NCBI GenBank assembly: GCA_000830295.1
Contig: CP010425.1
Span: 384,001-448,000 of the forward strand
DNA: 64,000 nt
Source of the DNA: an archaeon GW2011_AR15
GTDB lineage: Archaea; Nanobdellota; Nanobdellia; Woesearchaeales; GW2011-AR15
Direction of reading: 5' to 3'
Within the stretch, counting starts at the first letter, position 1, and every line of letters starts with the position of its first letter. This document shows, piece by piece, positions 19,136 to 28,336 of this stretch. Below the pieces are notes generated by a model. That model saw only the letters and a program-made list of their open reading frames with translations, was not told the origin of the DNA and did not search any database. Position numbers and translations under genes: made by a program.

Positions 19136-19849
19136 ATGATTAAAGATATTTCAGTTATTGTCCCTGCCTATAATGAAGAAAGAAGAATAGGTAAAACCCT
19201 TAGGAAGATAACAGCATATCTTGGAAAAAGGAAAATCAATTATGAGATTATTGTTGTGGATGACGGCTCTTCTGACAGGACCTCTGCGGTTGCCGGGTCT
19301 TTTAGCAATCCAAGGATAAAAATACTCAGCAGTGAAAAGAACAGGGGGAAAGGGTACTCTGTGAAAAAAGGCCTGCTGTCTGCAAAATACGGCATTGCTC
19401 TTTTTTCTGATGCTGATCTCAGCACACCGATTGAAGATATTGGGAAGCTTGAGAGATATATTGATGATTATGGCATTGTCATAGGCTCGCGAAAAGAAAA
19501 AGGGGCAAATGTAGTCGAGAAGCAGCCGCCGTGGAGAGTGATGGCGGGCAACATATTTCCTCTTTTTGTGAATATCATGACCGGGCTTGGAATCAAAGAC
19601 ACGCAGTGCGGGTTCAAGCTCTTCAGGGTGAAAAAATGCAGGCAGGTTTTCAAAAAAATGACAATTGACGGTTTCAGCTTCGATGTTGAGATGCTGTACA
19701 TTGCAAAGAAAAAAGGGCTTAAAATAAAGGAAGTTGGTGTGGACTGGAATAATGACAGGGCAACTAAAGTAAGGTTTGTACGGGATTCTTTTTCTATGCT
19801 CATGGATTTGATTGGAATATGGGTAAAAAGCATTGCAGGCAGATACTAA
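19136..19849 (+). CDS. Dolichyl-phosphate beta-glucosyltransferase (ALG5-like GT2)
   Basis: PAYNEE, VDDGS, NRGKG, DADLSTP, DTQCGFKLF, FDVE. Confidence 0.92.
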   Translation: MIKDISVIVPAYNEERRIGKTLRKITAYLGKRKINYEIIVVDDGSSDRTSAVAGSFSNPRIKILSSEKNRGKGYSVKKGLLSAKYGIALFSDADLSTPIEDIGKLERYIDDYGIVIGSRKEKGANVVEKQPPWRVMAGNIFPLFVNIMTGLGIKDTQCGFKLFRVKKCRQVFKKMTIDGFSFDVEMLYIAKKKGLKIKEVGVDWNNDRATKVRFVRDSFSMLMDLIGIWVKSIAGRY

Positions 19850-20475
19850 TTTTTTCTGAATTCCATTACTGAACCGAGTGAAATAAAAAAAGGGAGATTA
19901 AATGGAATATTGTACTGTGATGCTGTTTTAAGGCCTATTGATTTTCTGATTTTTTTAGGACTGAATGAGTTCACGTGGTCCGGGACTTTTATCGGCCGCC
20001 TCATGAGAAGGGCTCTGCTGAGCGTCCACATATTTTCATTGGGAAAAGTCAGTATAAGCCTGCCGTTATCTTTAAGCACTCTCCTGAACTCTTTAAAGAC
20101 TTCAGTATATTCATAGATATGCTCAATAACTTCTGTACATGTTATTATATCAAAAGAATCATTTTTGAATCCGAGTTCTGACAGGTCCATTTTTCTTATA
20201 GTGGCATAGGAGCATCTCTGTCTGGCTTTTTTGAGGGCTATTTCTGTTATGTCAATCCCGTAGTACTCATTACTCTGGTTTCTACTATGCATCCTGGCTA
20301 TGAGATGACCTTCCCCGCACCCAGCATCAAGAATTTTTTGATGTCCGTTTCTATTTATTTTATTCGTGATAATCTCCAACCTTTTTCTATGTATATAACT
20401 TACAAGGGGATTTCCTGAATTGTACAATTTATCCATATGGTCATCCGGCATATAGATATGGTCAGTTTTTGCCAT
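19846..20475 (-). CDS. Class I SAM methyltransferase
   Basis: LDAGCGEG, EVIEH, RVLKDNG, TFPN. Confidence 0.9.
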   Translation of the reverse strand: MAKTDHIYMPDDHMDKLYNSGNPLVSYIHRKRLEIITNKINRNGHQKILDAGCGEGHLIARMHSRNQSNEYYGIDITEIALKKARQRCSYATIRKMDLSELGFKNDSFDIITCTEVIEHIYEYTEVFKEFRRVLKDNGRLILTFPNENMWTLSRALLMRRPIKVPDHVNSFSPKKIRKSIGLKTASQYNIPFNLPFFISLGSVMEFRKN

Positions 20476-20560
20476 GAAAATTATAGTTTGAGTAGTTTAT
20501 TTAAGCCTTGCCTTTATATTATAAAAAAATTAATAAGCTGAACAGGAATTACAGTAACAG

Positions 20561-22219
20561 ATGGGGGGATTTTTTAAGATAAACGAGAAGCATGCACCTT
20601 ATATACTGTTTGCTATTTTTATGCTGGGATTATTACTTTATCTGAATCTTGACGACGTGCCTCTGACACACCCCGGCAATATTAAAGCGGCAGACCCTTT
20701 CTATCATGTGTTGGCCGCAGAAAGCATAATAGATACCCAGCAGTGGGAGTACTACGACCTCTATATTTCCCTCGGAACTGAAAGAGCTTCAAGTGTCCAG
20801 CCTCCTCTCAATTATCTGAATTCAGCGATCCTTACACTATTTTCTGGCGTGCCCGCTTGGGTGACTCTGTATTTTATTATTTGTCTGTTTTTTGCATTTT
20901 TCATATTACTTGTATATCTTATAGTCATCGAGATTTTTGGTGACTGGAAAATTGCCCTTTTAGCTTCTGCTGCATCAATACTTCCCATTCCTGTTCATGT
21001 CTGGCTCTACAGTCTTTATATCGGACTGTGGCTACAGGTTTTTTCAAATGTTTTCATGCTGGCTTTCCTCTGGATGTTTATAAGATACCTAAAAAAAGAC
21101 GGACATCCGGAGCTGTTTTTTATGGGGCTCTGTTTGACAGGCATTATGCTTGTTCATCCGCAGGATCTCAGCATCATGCTGCTACCTTCGCTGATTGTCG
21201 GCTGGAAAATACTGCAAAAGCATCTTGTGAAAAAAGAGTTTGCAAAGCTTGTGAAAGAAGCCGTGCTGTTTGGTGCATTGCCGGTTATTGTGCTGCTGGT
21301 CCTTCTTCCAACCTTCCTGTTTGTATGGAAAGCACACGGAGCACAACAATTCAATATCGGATTTTATGGCGTAAGAGAAAATTTCTTTTCAAGAAATTAC
21401 ACCGGCGGCCTGGTGTATCCTGATATCTTTTTTATGCCATGGATAGTTCTGGTGATACTGGGAGTCGGAATATTGCAGATGATCGCTAATGCAAAAAAAT
21501 ACAAGATTTTCCTATATACGCTTCTCTATTTTTTCATTGTAGCCTATATTTCCGCGCTTATATTCAGCGACCCTTATTATTTTGTAAGAATGAGGACCAT
21601 GACTCCTTTTCTGGTAATCCCTGTTGTTGCATACACCATGGTATATTTTATTGAAAAATACATGAAGGACAAATCCTGGCACATGCCTGCAATAGCCCTG
21701 GTAGCTGTCTTGTTTATTATTTCCGGATTTGTACAATACAATAAACTTGTTCCGCAACTTAGTGGGGAACATATAAGCATGGATGAATGGGAAGCCTACC
21801 GATGGATTCATGAAAACACAGAAAAAACTGACAGAATACTGTTTTTTGGATCTGTATTCCAGCAGGAGTTTCTCTACACGAAAAGAATGGTCGCTGCTAT
21901 TGACATGAATGAATACCAAAGATTGTTGACAGAATATCTTGCAACCAACAGGACAAGCCTGTTCTTTACAGGAATGTATGGAGGAGACACTTTAAGGTCT
22001 GTGCATAAAGTTAAGAATTCATATTTCTCATACGGAACCTATTCCGAACCGAATTCAACATTATACCTCCTGGATTTTGATTATGTTTTCTTCCAGGACA
22101 TATCACAGCAGGTTGCTCAGGCAAATTATTTGTTTGGAAATGAGTTCATAAATAATTACGGATTTAGCCTCGTGTACAATAAAAACGGGTATATTATAAT
22201 AAAAAATGGCCAAAAATAA
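20561..22219 (+). CDS. Polytopic membrane protein, GT-C-like
   Basis: ADPFYH after TM1, QPP, many TM segments, soluble C-terminal domain EAYRWIHENT. Confidence 0.7.
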   Translation: MGGFFKINEKHAPYILFAIFMLGLLLYLNLDDVPLTHPGNIKAADPFYHVLAAESIIDTQQWEYYDLYISLGTERASSVQPPLNYLNSAILTLFSGVPAWVTLYFIICLFFAFFILLVYLIVIEIFGDWKIALLASAASILPIPVHVWLYSLYIGLWLQVFSNVFMLAFLWMFIRYLKKDGHPELFFMGLCLTGIMLVHPQDLSIMLLPSLIVGWKILQKHLVKKEFAKLVKEAVLFGALPVIVLLVLLPTFLFVWKAHGAQQFNIGFYGVRENFFSRNYTGGLVYPDIFFMPWIVLVILGVGILQMIANAKKYKIFLYTLLYFFIVAYISALIFSDPYYFVRMRTMTPFLVIPVVAYTMVYFIEKYMKDKSWHMPAIALVAVLFIISGFVQYNKLVPQLSGEHISMDEWEAYRWIHENTEKTDRILFFGSVFQQEFLYTKRMVAAIDMNEYQRLLTEYLATNRTSLFFTGMYGGDTLRSVHKVKNSYFSYGTYSEPNSTLYLLDFDYVFFQDISQQVAQANYLFGNEFINNYGFSLVYNKNGYIIIKNGQK

Positions 22220-22550
22220 GCATATATCTGAATTGAAGGAGCTTGTCTTAGCCGGGGCTGTCGTATTTTTCATAGTGTCGTTAGTGCTCATGGACCTCTG
22301 GGCATCCCTAAGGCTTTTTATGGCATACATGCTTTTCATCTATCTCCCTTTTGTCCTGCCTGTCGCCACGCTGAAGCTGCCGCTTGTTGAAAGCTTCCTG
22401 CTGGTAAACCTGGCAGGGTTGAGCTATGCTGCAATATATGTGATATTCGACCTTGTGCTCAATATCCCGCTTACAAAACCTGTATTTGCTGTCACGACCT
22501 TGCTGGCCTATGCTCTTGGATACTTCTATTACCGCAAAACTTCCGAATGA
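22206..22550 (+). CDS. Small membrane protein
   Basis: About 4 TM segments; overlaps upstream stop. Confidence 0.7.
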   Translation: MAKNKHISELKELVLAGAVVFFIVSLVLMDLWASLRLFMAYMLFIYLPFVLPVATLKLPLVESFLLVNLAGLSYAAIYVIFDLVLNIPLTKPVFAVTTLLAYALGYFYYRKTSE

Positions 22551-22592
22551 ATATTGATTAGATTTTAATTGTATCTTCTGTATTACCTGTCC

Positions 22593-23243
22593 ATGAAAAT
22601 AAAAGACATCCCACTGCAGAACCAGCCGCGCTACAGGCTGATGAATTTCGGGGCTGAGTCGCTGAGCGATGCAGAGCTGCTTGCCATAATACTGCAGAAA
22701 GGGACAAGAGAGGAGAATGTCGTGGATATGTGCAACAGGCTTCTCAGGCATGATATTGGCTCCCTTTCTCTGGCTGAGCTGCAAAAAATAAAGGGCATGG
22801 GGCCGGCCAAGGCAATGCAGGTGATTGCTTTATTTGAGCTCTCCAGAAGGCAAAAGCCTAAAAAAAGCAATGTCCAGGTAACAAAATCAAAAGATGTCTA
22901 TGAGCTAATGTCTTTCCTGAAAAACAGAAAAAAGGAGTTTTTCTACTGCATTTCCCTTGATGTCAAGAATCGGGTTATTGACAAGGCAGACCTGGTTTCT
23001 GTGGGCATCCTGGATGCCTCTATTATCCATCCCAGGGAGATATTCTCAAATGCTATAAGAAAATCGGCCAAATCTGTCATTCTTGTCCATAACCATCCCT
23101 CCGGGGATGCGAGCCCGAGCAAGGAGGATGCCGAGATTACTGAGCAGCTGAAAAAAGCCGGGGAGCTGCTGGATATTGTGCTGCTTGACCACGTGATAAT
23201 AGGCAATAAGTGGTATAGCTTCAGGGATGAAAACAGGATTTAA
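22593..23243 (+). CDS. radC: RadC/JAB-domain protein
   Basis: PRYRL..GAESLSDAELLA, HPRE, HNHPSGDASPS..D, LLDHVII. Confidence 0.95.
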   Translation: MKIKDIPLQNQPRYRLMNFGAESLSDAELLAIILQKGTREENVVDMCNRLLRHDIGSLSLAELQKIKGMGPAKAMQVIALFELSRRQKPKKSNVQVTKSKDVYELMSFLKNRKKEFFYCISLDVKNRVIDKADLVSVGILDASIIHPREIFSNAIRKSAKSVILVHNHPSGDASPSKEDAEITEQLKKAGELLDIVLLDHVIIGNKWYSFRDENRI

Positions 23244-23292
23244 TAAGATTTATAAGCAACCTCCAAAATACCTCTTTATTCTAGGCGATTTG

Positions 23293-25119
23293 ATGCTAAA
23301 GAGACTAAGAAAATTCATTATAGGGGAGAGGCTTCCAAGCTGGGAATTCAAGCATCAAAAGCTTTCCAAGACTTTGGCTCTGGCTGTATTTTCCTCTGAC
23401 TCGTTGTCATCAGTCGCATACGCTACAGAAGAGATATTACTGGTACTGGTTACTGCAGGTGTTGCATTCCTGTCATATTCGCTGCCTATTGCCCTTGCAA
23501 TACTGATTCTCCTCTGGATACTTATAGTATCTTACAGGCAGACAATAGAAGCATATCCAAATGGTGGCGGGGCATATATTGTGGCAAAAGAAAACCTCGG
23601 GAAATACCCCGGGCTTGTTGCTGCCGCAGCACTGCTGCTTGACTATGTCCTGACTGCCGCTGTAAGCGTGGCTGCTGGTGTGGCTGCTGTCACTTCTGCA
23701 TTCCCTGAATTATTGCCGTATAAAGTGGCTATCGGAGTATTTGTGCTTATACTGATTTCACTGCTGAATCTCAAGGGCGTCAAAGAATCAGGGGTTATAT
23801 TCTCAATACCTACATATTTGTTTATAATCACATTTTTCATCATGATTGGCGTAGGCTTTTACAGGTATTTTACAGGCCAGATTGTCCCTGTTCCAAGCGA
23901 AGGCGTAACCATTGTTGCGGGCTTCTCTGCTTTCCTCCTGCTGAGGGCTTTTTCTTCAGGCTGTGCTGCGCTTACAGGAATTGAGGCTGTCTCAAACGGT
24001 GTACCTGCTTTCAAAGAGCCCGCCAGCAAAAATGCAAGAACGACACTCCTTGCCATGGCAATCATACTGTCCATCCTGTTTTTTGGCATAACCTTCCTTG
24101 CGCTCCAGTACCATATAACGCCGGCCAGTGAAAGGACTGTAGTCTCAATGCTTGCAGAAGGTGTATTCGGAAAAGGCGCGATGTTCTTTATAGTACAAAT
24201 ATTCACAATGATGATTTTATTTTTGGCTGCAAACACAAGTTTTGCTGATTTCCCGAGGCTGTGCTTTTTCCTTGCAAAAGACAAGTACCTGCCAAACCAG
24301 TTCAAGCAGCTCGGGGACCGCCTTGTTTTCTCAAATGGGATAATCTTTCTCGGCATAGCAGCATCTGCCCTGATAATCTTTTTCGGAGGAAGTGTCCATC
24401 ATCTTATTCCCCTGTATGCCATAGGTGTGTTCACTTCTTTTACACTATCGCAGGCCGGGATGGTAAGAAAAAACATCAAAGACAAGGTGGTGCCAGGCAG
24501 AAAGAGGGCCATTGTAATAAATGCTGTGGGAAGCGTAGTGACTTTCATCGCGCTTATCATAATCGCTGTTACAAAATTTGCTCTGGGAGCATGGATGATT
24601 GTTATTTTGCTGCCGATTTTTGTCCTGCTGCTGAATAATATACACAACCATTATGCCAAGCTGGCCAGGCAGCTTTCTGTTGAAGACCTGAAAGCCCCGC
24701 TTCCGAAAAATGTTGATGATAAGCATCTGATGATTGTGCTTGTCCCTTCATTCCACAAAGGCGTAATAAAATCAATAAGATTTGCAAAAGCATTCTGCAG
24801 GAATGTAAAGGCTGTGCATATAAATATGAGCGGTGGCGAAAAAAAGAAACTTCTGGAGAAATGGGAGAAATTCGAACCGGGCATTGAGCTTGTTATACTC
24901 GATTCTCCTTATAGGATACTTGTCGGCACATTGATGAAATACCTTGATGAGCTGGAAAAGGACCCGAAGCTGAATGTCACTGTTGTTGTCCCGGAGTTCG
25001 TGCCTGTAAAGTTCTGGCACCACCTGCTACACAATCAGACTGGGTTTGCCTTAAGGACAGCAATCTATTTCAGAAAAAGAACTTCTTACATTAGCGTGCA
25101 GTACCATCTTGATGAATAG
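23293..25119 (+). CDS. APC-family transporter, KimA/YdaO-like K+ transporter
   Basis: ALAVFSSDSLSSVAYATEE, YPNGGGAY, GCAALTGIEAVSNGV, DFPRL, SPYR, LHNQT; 608 aa. Confidence 0.88.
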   Translation: MLKRLRKFIIGERLPSWEFKHQKLSKTLALAVFSSDSLSSVAYATEEILLVLVTAGVAFLSYSLPIALAILILLWILIVSYRQTIEAYPNGGGAYIVAKENLGKYPGLVAAAALLLDYVLTAAVSVAAGVAAVTSAFPELLPYKVAIGVFVLILISLLNLKGVKESGVIFSIPTYLFIITFFIMIGVGFYRYFTGQIVPVPSEGVTIVAGFSAFLLLRAFSSGCAALTGIEAVSNGVPAFKEPASKNARTTLLAMAIILSILFFGITFLALQYHITPASERTVVSMLAEGVFGKGAMFFIVQIFTMMILFLAANTSFADFPRLCFFLAKDKYLPNQFKQLGDRLVFSNGIIFLGIAASALIIFFGGSVHHLIPLYAIGVFTSFTLSQAGMVRKNIKDKVVPGRKRAIVINAVGSVVTFIALIIIAVTKFALGAWMIVILLPIFVLLLNNIHNHYAKLARQLSVEDLKAPLPKNVDDKHLMIVLVPSFHKGVIKSIRFAKAFCRNVKAVHINMSGGEKKKLLEKWEKFEPGIELVILDSPYRILVGTLMKYLDELEKDPKLNVTVVVPEFVPVKFWHHLLHNQTGFALRTAIYFRKRTSYISVQYHLDE

Positions 25120-25147
25120 GTTTTAATATAACTCTTTTTAACTCTGG

Positions 25148-25684
25148 TTGATGATGGGAAAATGCTGCGCTTATTTTGAGCTTGATTTGAACAGCCTGGA
25201 ATACAGCAGGAGAGCCTCTGCAAGAGATGATACTGTGTTTAGCCTTTATTTTAAAGGTTGGGCGCCTGATTCTTTGGAGGCAAGGGGAAGCAGCTCATTT
25301 GTTTCAAGGCATGATTCTCTGCCATCTGCCTCGCTGGGAGAGATAGAGCATACCCTCGAGCTTATAGGCTACCCTGCGCATGCAGGGGTTTCTGTAAATG
25401 AATACCTGGCCAAGCTGGCAATGATATATTCATTCAGATGGGGAAAAAATCCTTTAATTCTGGGAATGGGTGATGTTACTGATTTATTGTACCGGGAGCG
25501 TCTGGTACCGGGAGCTTTGCCTGGCATAAAAAGAAAAATATTAAGCGGTATTTTCAATTATTACCAGAAATCTGAGCTGACAATCGGCGATTTTGCATAC
25601 ATGTCCCCTTCTGAACTGAGAAACTTTGCCAATGATAAAGTCATGGGCATACACCGCCAGCTTAACGGGAAGGTTGAGCCGTAA
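25148..25684 (+). CDS. Hypothetical protein
   Basis: ORF with its own AT-rich promoter-like region; no motif recognised. Confidence 0.55.
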   Translation: MMMGKCCAYFELDLNSLEYSRRASARDDTVFSLYFKGWAPDSLEARGSSSFVSRHDSLPSASLGEIEHTLELIGYPAHAGVSVNEYLAKLAMIYSFRWGKNPLILGMGDVTDLLYRERLVPGALPGIKRKILSGIFNYYQKSELTIGDFAYMSPSELRNFANDKVMGIHRQLNGKVEP

Positions 25685-25689
25685 TCCTG

Positions 25690-26100
25690 CTATTTTGCCA
25701 GATATTCCAGGATCTGCGGCAGTGTCAGTCCTGCATTATATATAGTATATACTGCTGTAGCAAGTGTCACAGTATTAGCCGCAGCGCCTATCGCTTTAGG
25801 GATTGCAAATATTGTTCCCGCAACCCTGCTGCTAAATCCGGTAAATCTTTCGATGTTGCCAGCCAGGGCAGCTGACGCATAAATATATGCTGCACTGAGA
25901 CCAAACACTCCTATTTCCGGGCCGAAGATTTCAAATGCTCCTCTTGCCGGAGCGTATAATTCGCTGTCAATTCCGACTATCTTTACACCAATATACGTTG
26001 TGACTGCATCCAGAGCTGTTGCTGCGCAGAGAAAAATAAAGAGGTTTTTATTATCTTTTATAAAGTCCTTCCTCGCCTCTATGAAGTCCTCAAGCCCCAT
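25690..26100 (-). CDS. DUF5658-like membrane protein
   Basis: LDAVTTYIGV...DSEL..P. Confidence 0.65.
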   Translation of the reverse strand: MGLEDFIEARKDFIKDNKNLFIFLCAATALDAVTTYIGVKIVGIDSELYAPARGAFEIFGPEIGVFGLSAAYIYASAALAGNIERFTGFSSRVAGTIFAIPKAIGAAANTVTLATAVYTIYNAGLTLPQILEYLAK

Positions 26101-26145
26101 ATTAAATGTGAAAAAGAGGTTATTTAAGAATCGTTGCTTTTTATT

Positions 26146-26514
26146 TTAATTATAAAGCTTAATTGCCTCATTAACAAGCGCAACAGTATTGAGAAGTCCT
26201 AAAATATATTTATAGGCGCCACCCGCCGTCATTATATAGCTTGCCTTTATTCCCAGGCCTTTCTCAACAATATCGGCAGAATAAATAAAAAGGGGCAGGT
26301 ATGCCAGATGAACCCCAAGCAATCCTATTTCCGGGCTAGTAGTGTGCATCAGAGATCTAAAAACCGGATTTATTTCAGTATCAATCCCATAGACCCTAAC
26401 CCCTATATAAGTTGAAACAGAATCCAAGAGAAACCCTGCTGTGAGAAAAAGAAATGCGTCTTCATTATTTTTAACTATCTCTTTGCCCCAATCCACAATT
26501 TCTTCAAGCTTCAT
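26146..26514 (-). CDS. DUF5658-like membrane protein (paralog of neighbour)
   Basis: LDSVSTYIGV...DTEINP. Confidence 0.7.
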   Translation of the reverse strand: MKLEEIVDWGKEIVKNNEDAFLFLTAGFLLDSVSTYIGVRVYGIDTEINPVFRSLMHTTSPEIGLLGVHLAYLPLFIYSADIVEKGLGIKASYIMTAGGAYKYILGLLNTVALVNEAIKLYN

Positions 26515-26594
26515 TCGGGGCTGTAGATAAAAACTATATAAAAAGCTATCCCAAAACAACATTTATATAAAATAACTCCAACCACCCCATCTCT

Positions 26595-27512
26595 ATGAAA
26601 GAGCTGACCTCATTAGACCTGCACTATCTCCTGCAGGAGCTGAAAGTAATTGAAGGCGGAAAAATAGACAAGGTATTCCAGAGCAACAATACTATATGCT
26701 TCCAGCTGCACATACCCAATGCAGGAAAGAAATACCTCACTGTGATACTGCCAAGCATGCTTTTCCTTACAAACAAAAAAGATTCAGGGGAAGGAAAATT
26801 CGGCCTTTCAATAAGAAAGCACATAAGCAATGTCTGGATAAAGAGCATAGAGCAGCTGGGATTTGAAAGGATAATAAAATTGGAGCTGGAATCAAAAAAC
26901 AGGTGTGCCCTTTACATCGAGCTTCTCAGGCCGGGCAATATAATCCTTGCAGATGATAAAAATAAAATCATAATGGCCCTGGACTACAAGGGCTTCGGGA
27001 CAAGGACAATAAGGCCCAACATAGAATACGAATATCCAAAGAGGGATGTTGACTTCCTCACGCTCAAAGAGGCAGAACTGGTTAAATTACTGGAAAAATC
27101 AGACAGGAACAGCATTGTGGTGACGCTGGCAACTGAGCTCGGGCTGGGCGGGAAATATGCAGAAGAGCTCTGCGAGCTGGCAGAAATAGACAAGAAAAAA
27201 TCGCATATTGATATAAAAGAAATAAAGAGGCTTTACGGGGCTATTGAAAAACTCAGGCTGCCGAAGAAAATAAACGAGCAGCTGGCAGAAGAGCATAAAG
27301 AAGAGAAAGAGGAGAAAAAAGAAAGCCTGCATGGGAAAAAGAAGCAGCAGATCCTGAGCATAATAAAGCAGCAGGAAATGACAATAAAGGGGCTCGAGAT
27401 ATCAGCAGGGGAAAACCAGAAAAAGGGCAACCTGATATACGAGAATTACCAGAAAGTTGACAAGCTGCTGAAAGAAAGCAAGGGAAAGGTTTCTGTGGAC
27501 ATAGAGCTTTGA
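26595..27512 (+). CDS. NFACT/RqcH-family protein, N-terminal part only
   Basis: LTSLDL..LLQEL, GGKIDKV, IEQLGFERII, ELLRPGNIIL, GLGGKYAEELC, KGNLIYENY. Confidence 0.8.
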   Translation: MKELTSLDLHYLLQELKVIEGGKIDKVFQSNNTICFQLHIPNAGKKYLTVILPSMLFLTNKKDSGEGKFGLSIRKHISNVWIKSIEQLGFERIIKLELESKNRCALYIELLRPGNIILADDKNKIIMALDYKGFGTRTIRPNIEYEYPKRDVDFLTLKEAELVKLLEKSDRNSIVVTLATELGLGGKYAEELCELAEIDKKKSHIDIKEIKRLYGAIEKLRLPKKINEQLAEEHKEEKEEKKESLHGKKKQQILSIIKQQEMTIKGLEISAGENQKKGNLIYENYQKVDKLLKESKGKVSVDIEL

Positions 27513-27514
27513 AG

Positions 27515-28213
27515 ATGATAGCAGTAATAATCCCGACTTATAATGAAAGGGAGAACATAATGCCTTTGATTATATCTATAGAAAAAAATCTGCCTGGTGC
27601 AGAAATAATTGTCGTTGATGATAATTCACCGGACGGCACAGGGGAGCTGGTCAAAAAAAACAGGAAAGTCCGCCTTATAACAAATCCGGAAAAAACAGGG
27701 CTTGGCAGAGCATATCTTAAGGGCATGGATTATGCAGTGAAGAAGCTGAAGGCAGATGTTCTTATAGAGATTGATGCTGATTTTTCCCATGACCCAAAAG
27801 ACCTTCCTGCACTGGTAAAGATGGCAGAAGAGTATGATTTGGTATTGGGCTCCAGATACATAAAGGGCGGCTCTATCCCAAAAAAATGGCCTTTTTACAG
27901 GAAATTCCTGAGTGCTGCCGGAAACTCTTTCATAAGATTCATGCTAGGCAGGAAAATAAGGGACTGGAGCACAGGCTACAGGGCAATAAGAAAAAAGGTA
28001 TATCTGGACATAGGAAATGAGATAAACCAGGACATGTTTTACGGCTACACGTTCCAGATCGGATTTCTTTACAAAGCAATGAAGAGGGGCTACAAAATAG
28101 CAGAAGTTCCCATACACTTCAGGGACAGGACAAAGGGAAAATCAAAGCTGGGCATGGAATACCTTCTCAACACATTCATATACATAATAAAGATAAAATT
28201 AGGCATGAAATAG
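27515..28213 (+). CDS. Polyprenol-phosphate mannose synthase (DPM1-like GT2)
   Basis: IPTYNERENI, VDDNSPDGT, GLGRAY, DADFSHDP, GSRY, FRDR..GKSK. Confidence 0.93.
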   Translation: MIAVIIPTYNERENIMPLIISIEKNLPGAEIIVVDDNSPDGTGELVKKNRKVRLITNPEKTGLGRAYLKGMDYAVKKLKADVLIEIDADFSHDPKDLPALVKMAEEYDLVLGSRYIKGGSIPKKWPFYRKFLSAAGNSFIRFMLGRKIRDWSTGYRAIRKKVYLDIGNEINQDMFYGYTFQIGFLYKAMKRGYKIAEVPIHFRDRTKGKSKLGMEYLLNTFIYIIKIKLGMK

Positions 28214-28226
28214 GGCGGTCCGGAAC

Positions 28227-28275
28227 ATCAGGGAAAGGGAGTCGTAGAGGGGACATTCCCCTCTGCTATATCAGG
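28227..28275. repeat. REP/MITE-like GC-rich hairpin flanked by ATCAGG direct repeats
   Basis: GTAGAGGGGA-CAT-TCCCCTCTGC (28244-28266); ATCAGG at 28227 and 28270. Confidence 0.45.
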
Positions 28276-28336
28276 AGCTCAAATTTTCTATATCACATTG
28301 GCAAAATATAAAAACAAAGTAAGCTTCAGGGGCAGT

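Noticed and set aside
23244-23292. Possible ydaO/c-di-AMP riboswitch before the KimA-like gene
   Set aside because: Only about 50 nt, mostly promoter; no room and no motif
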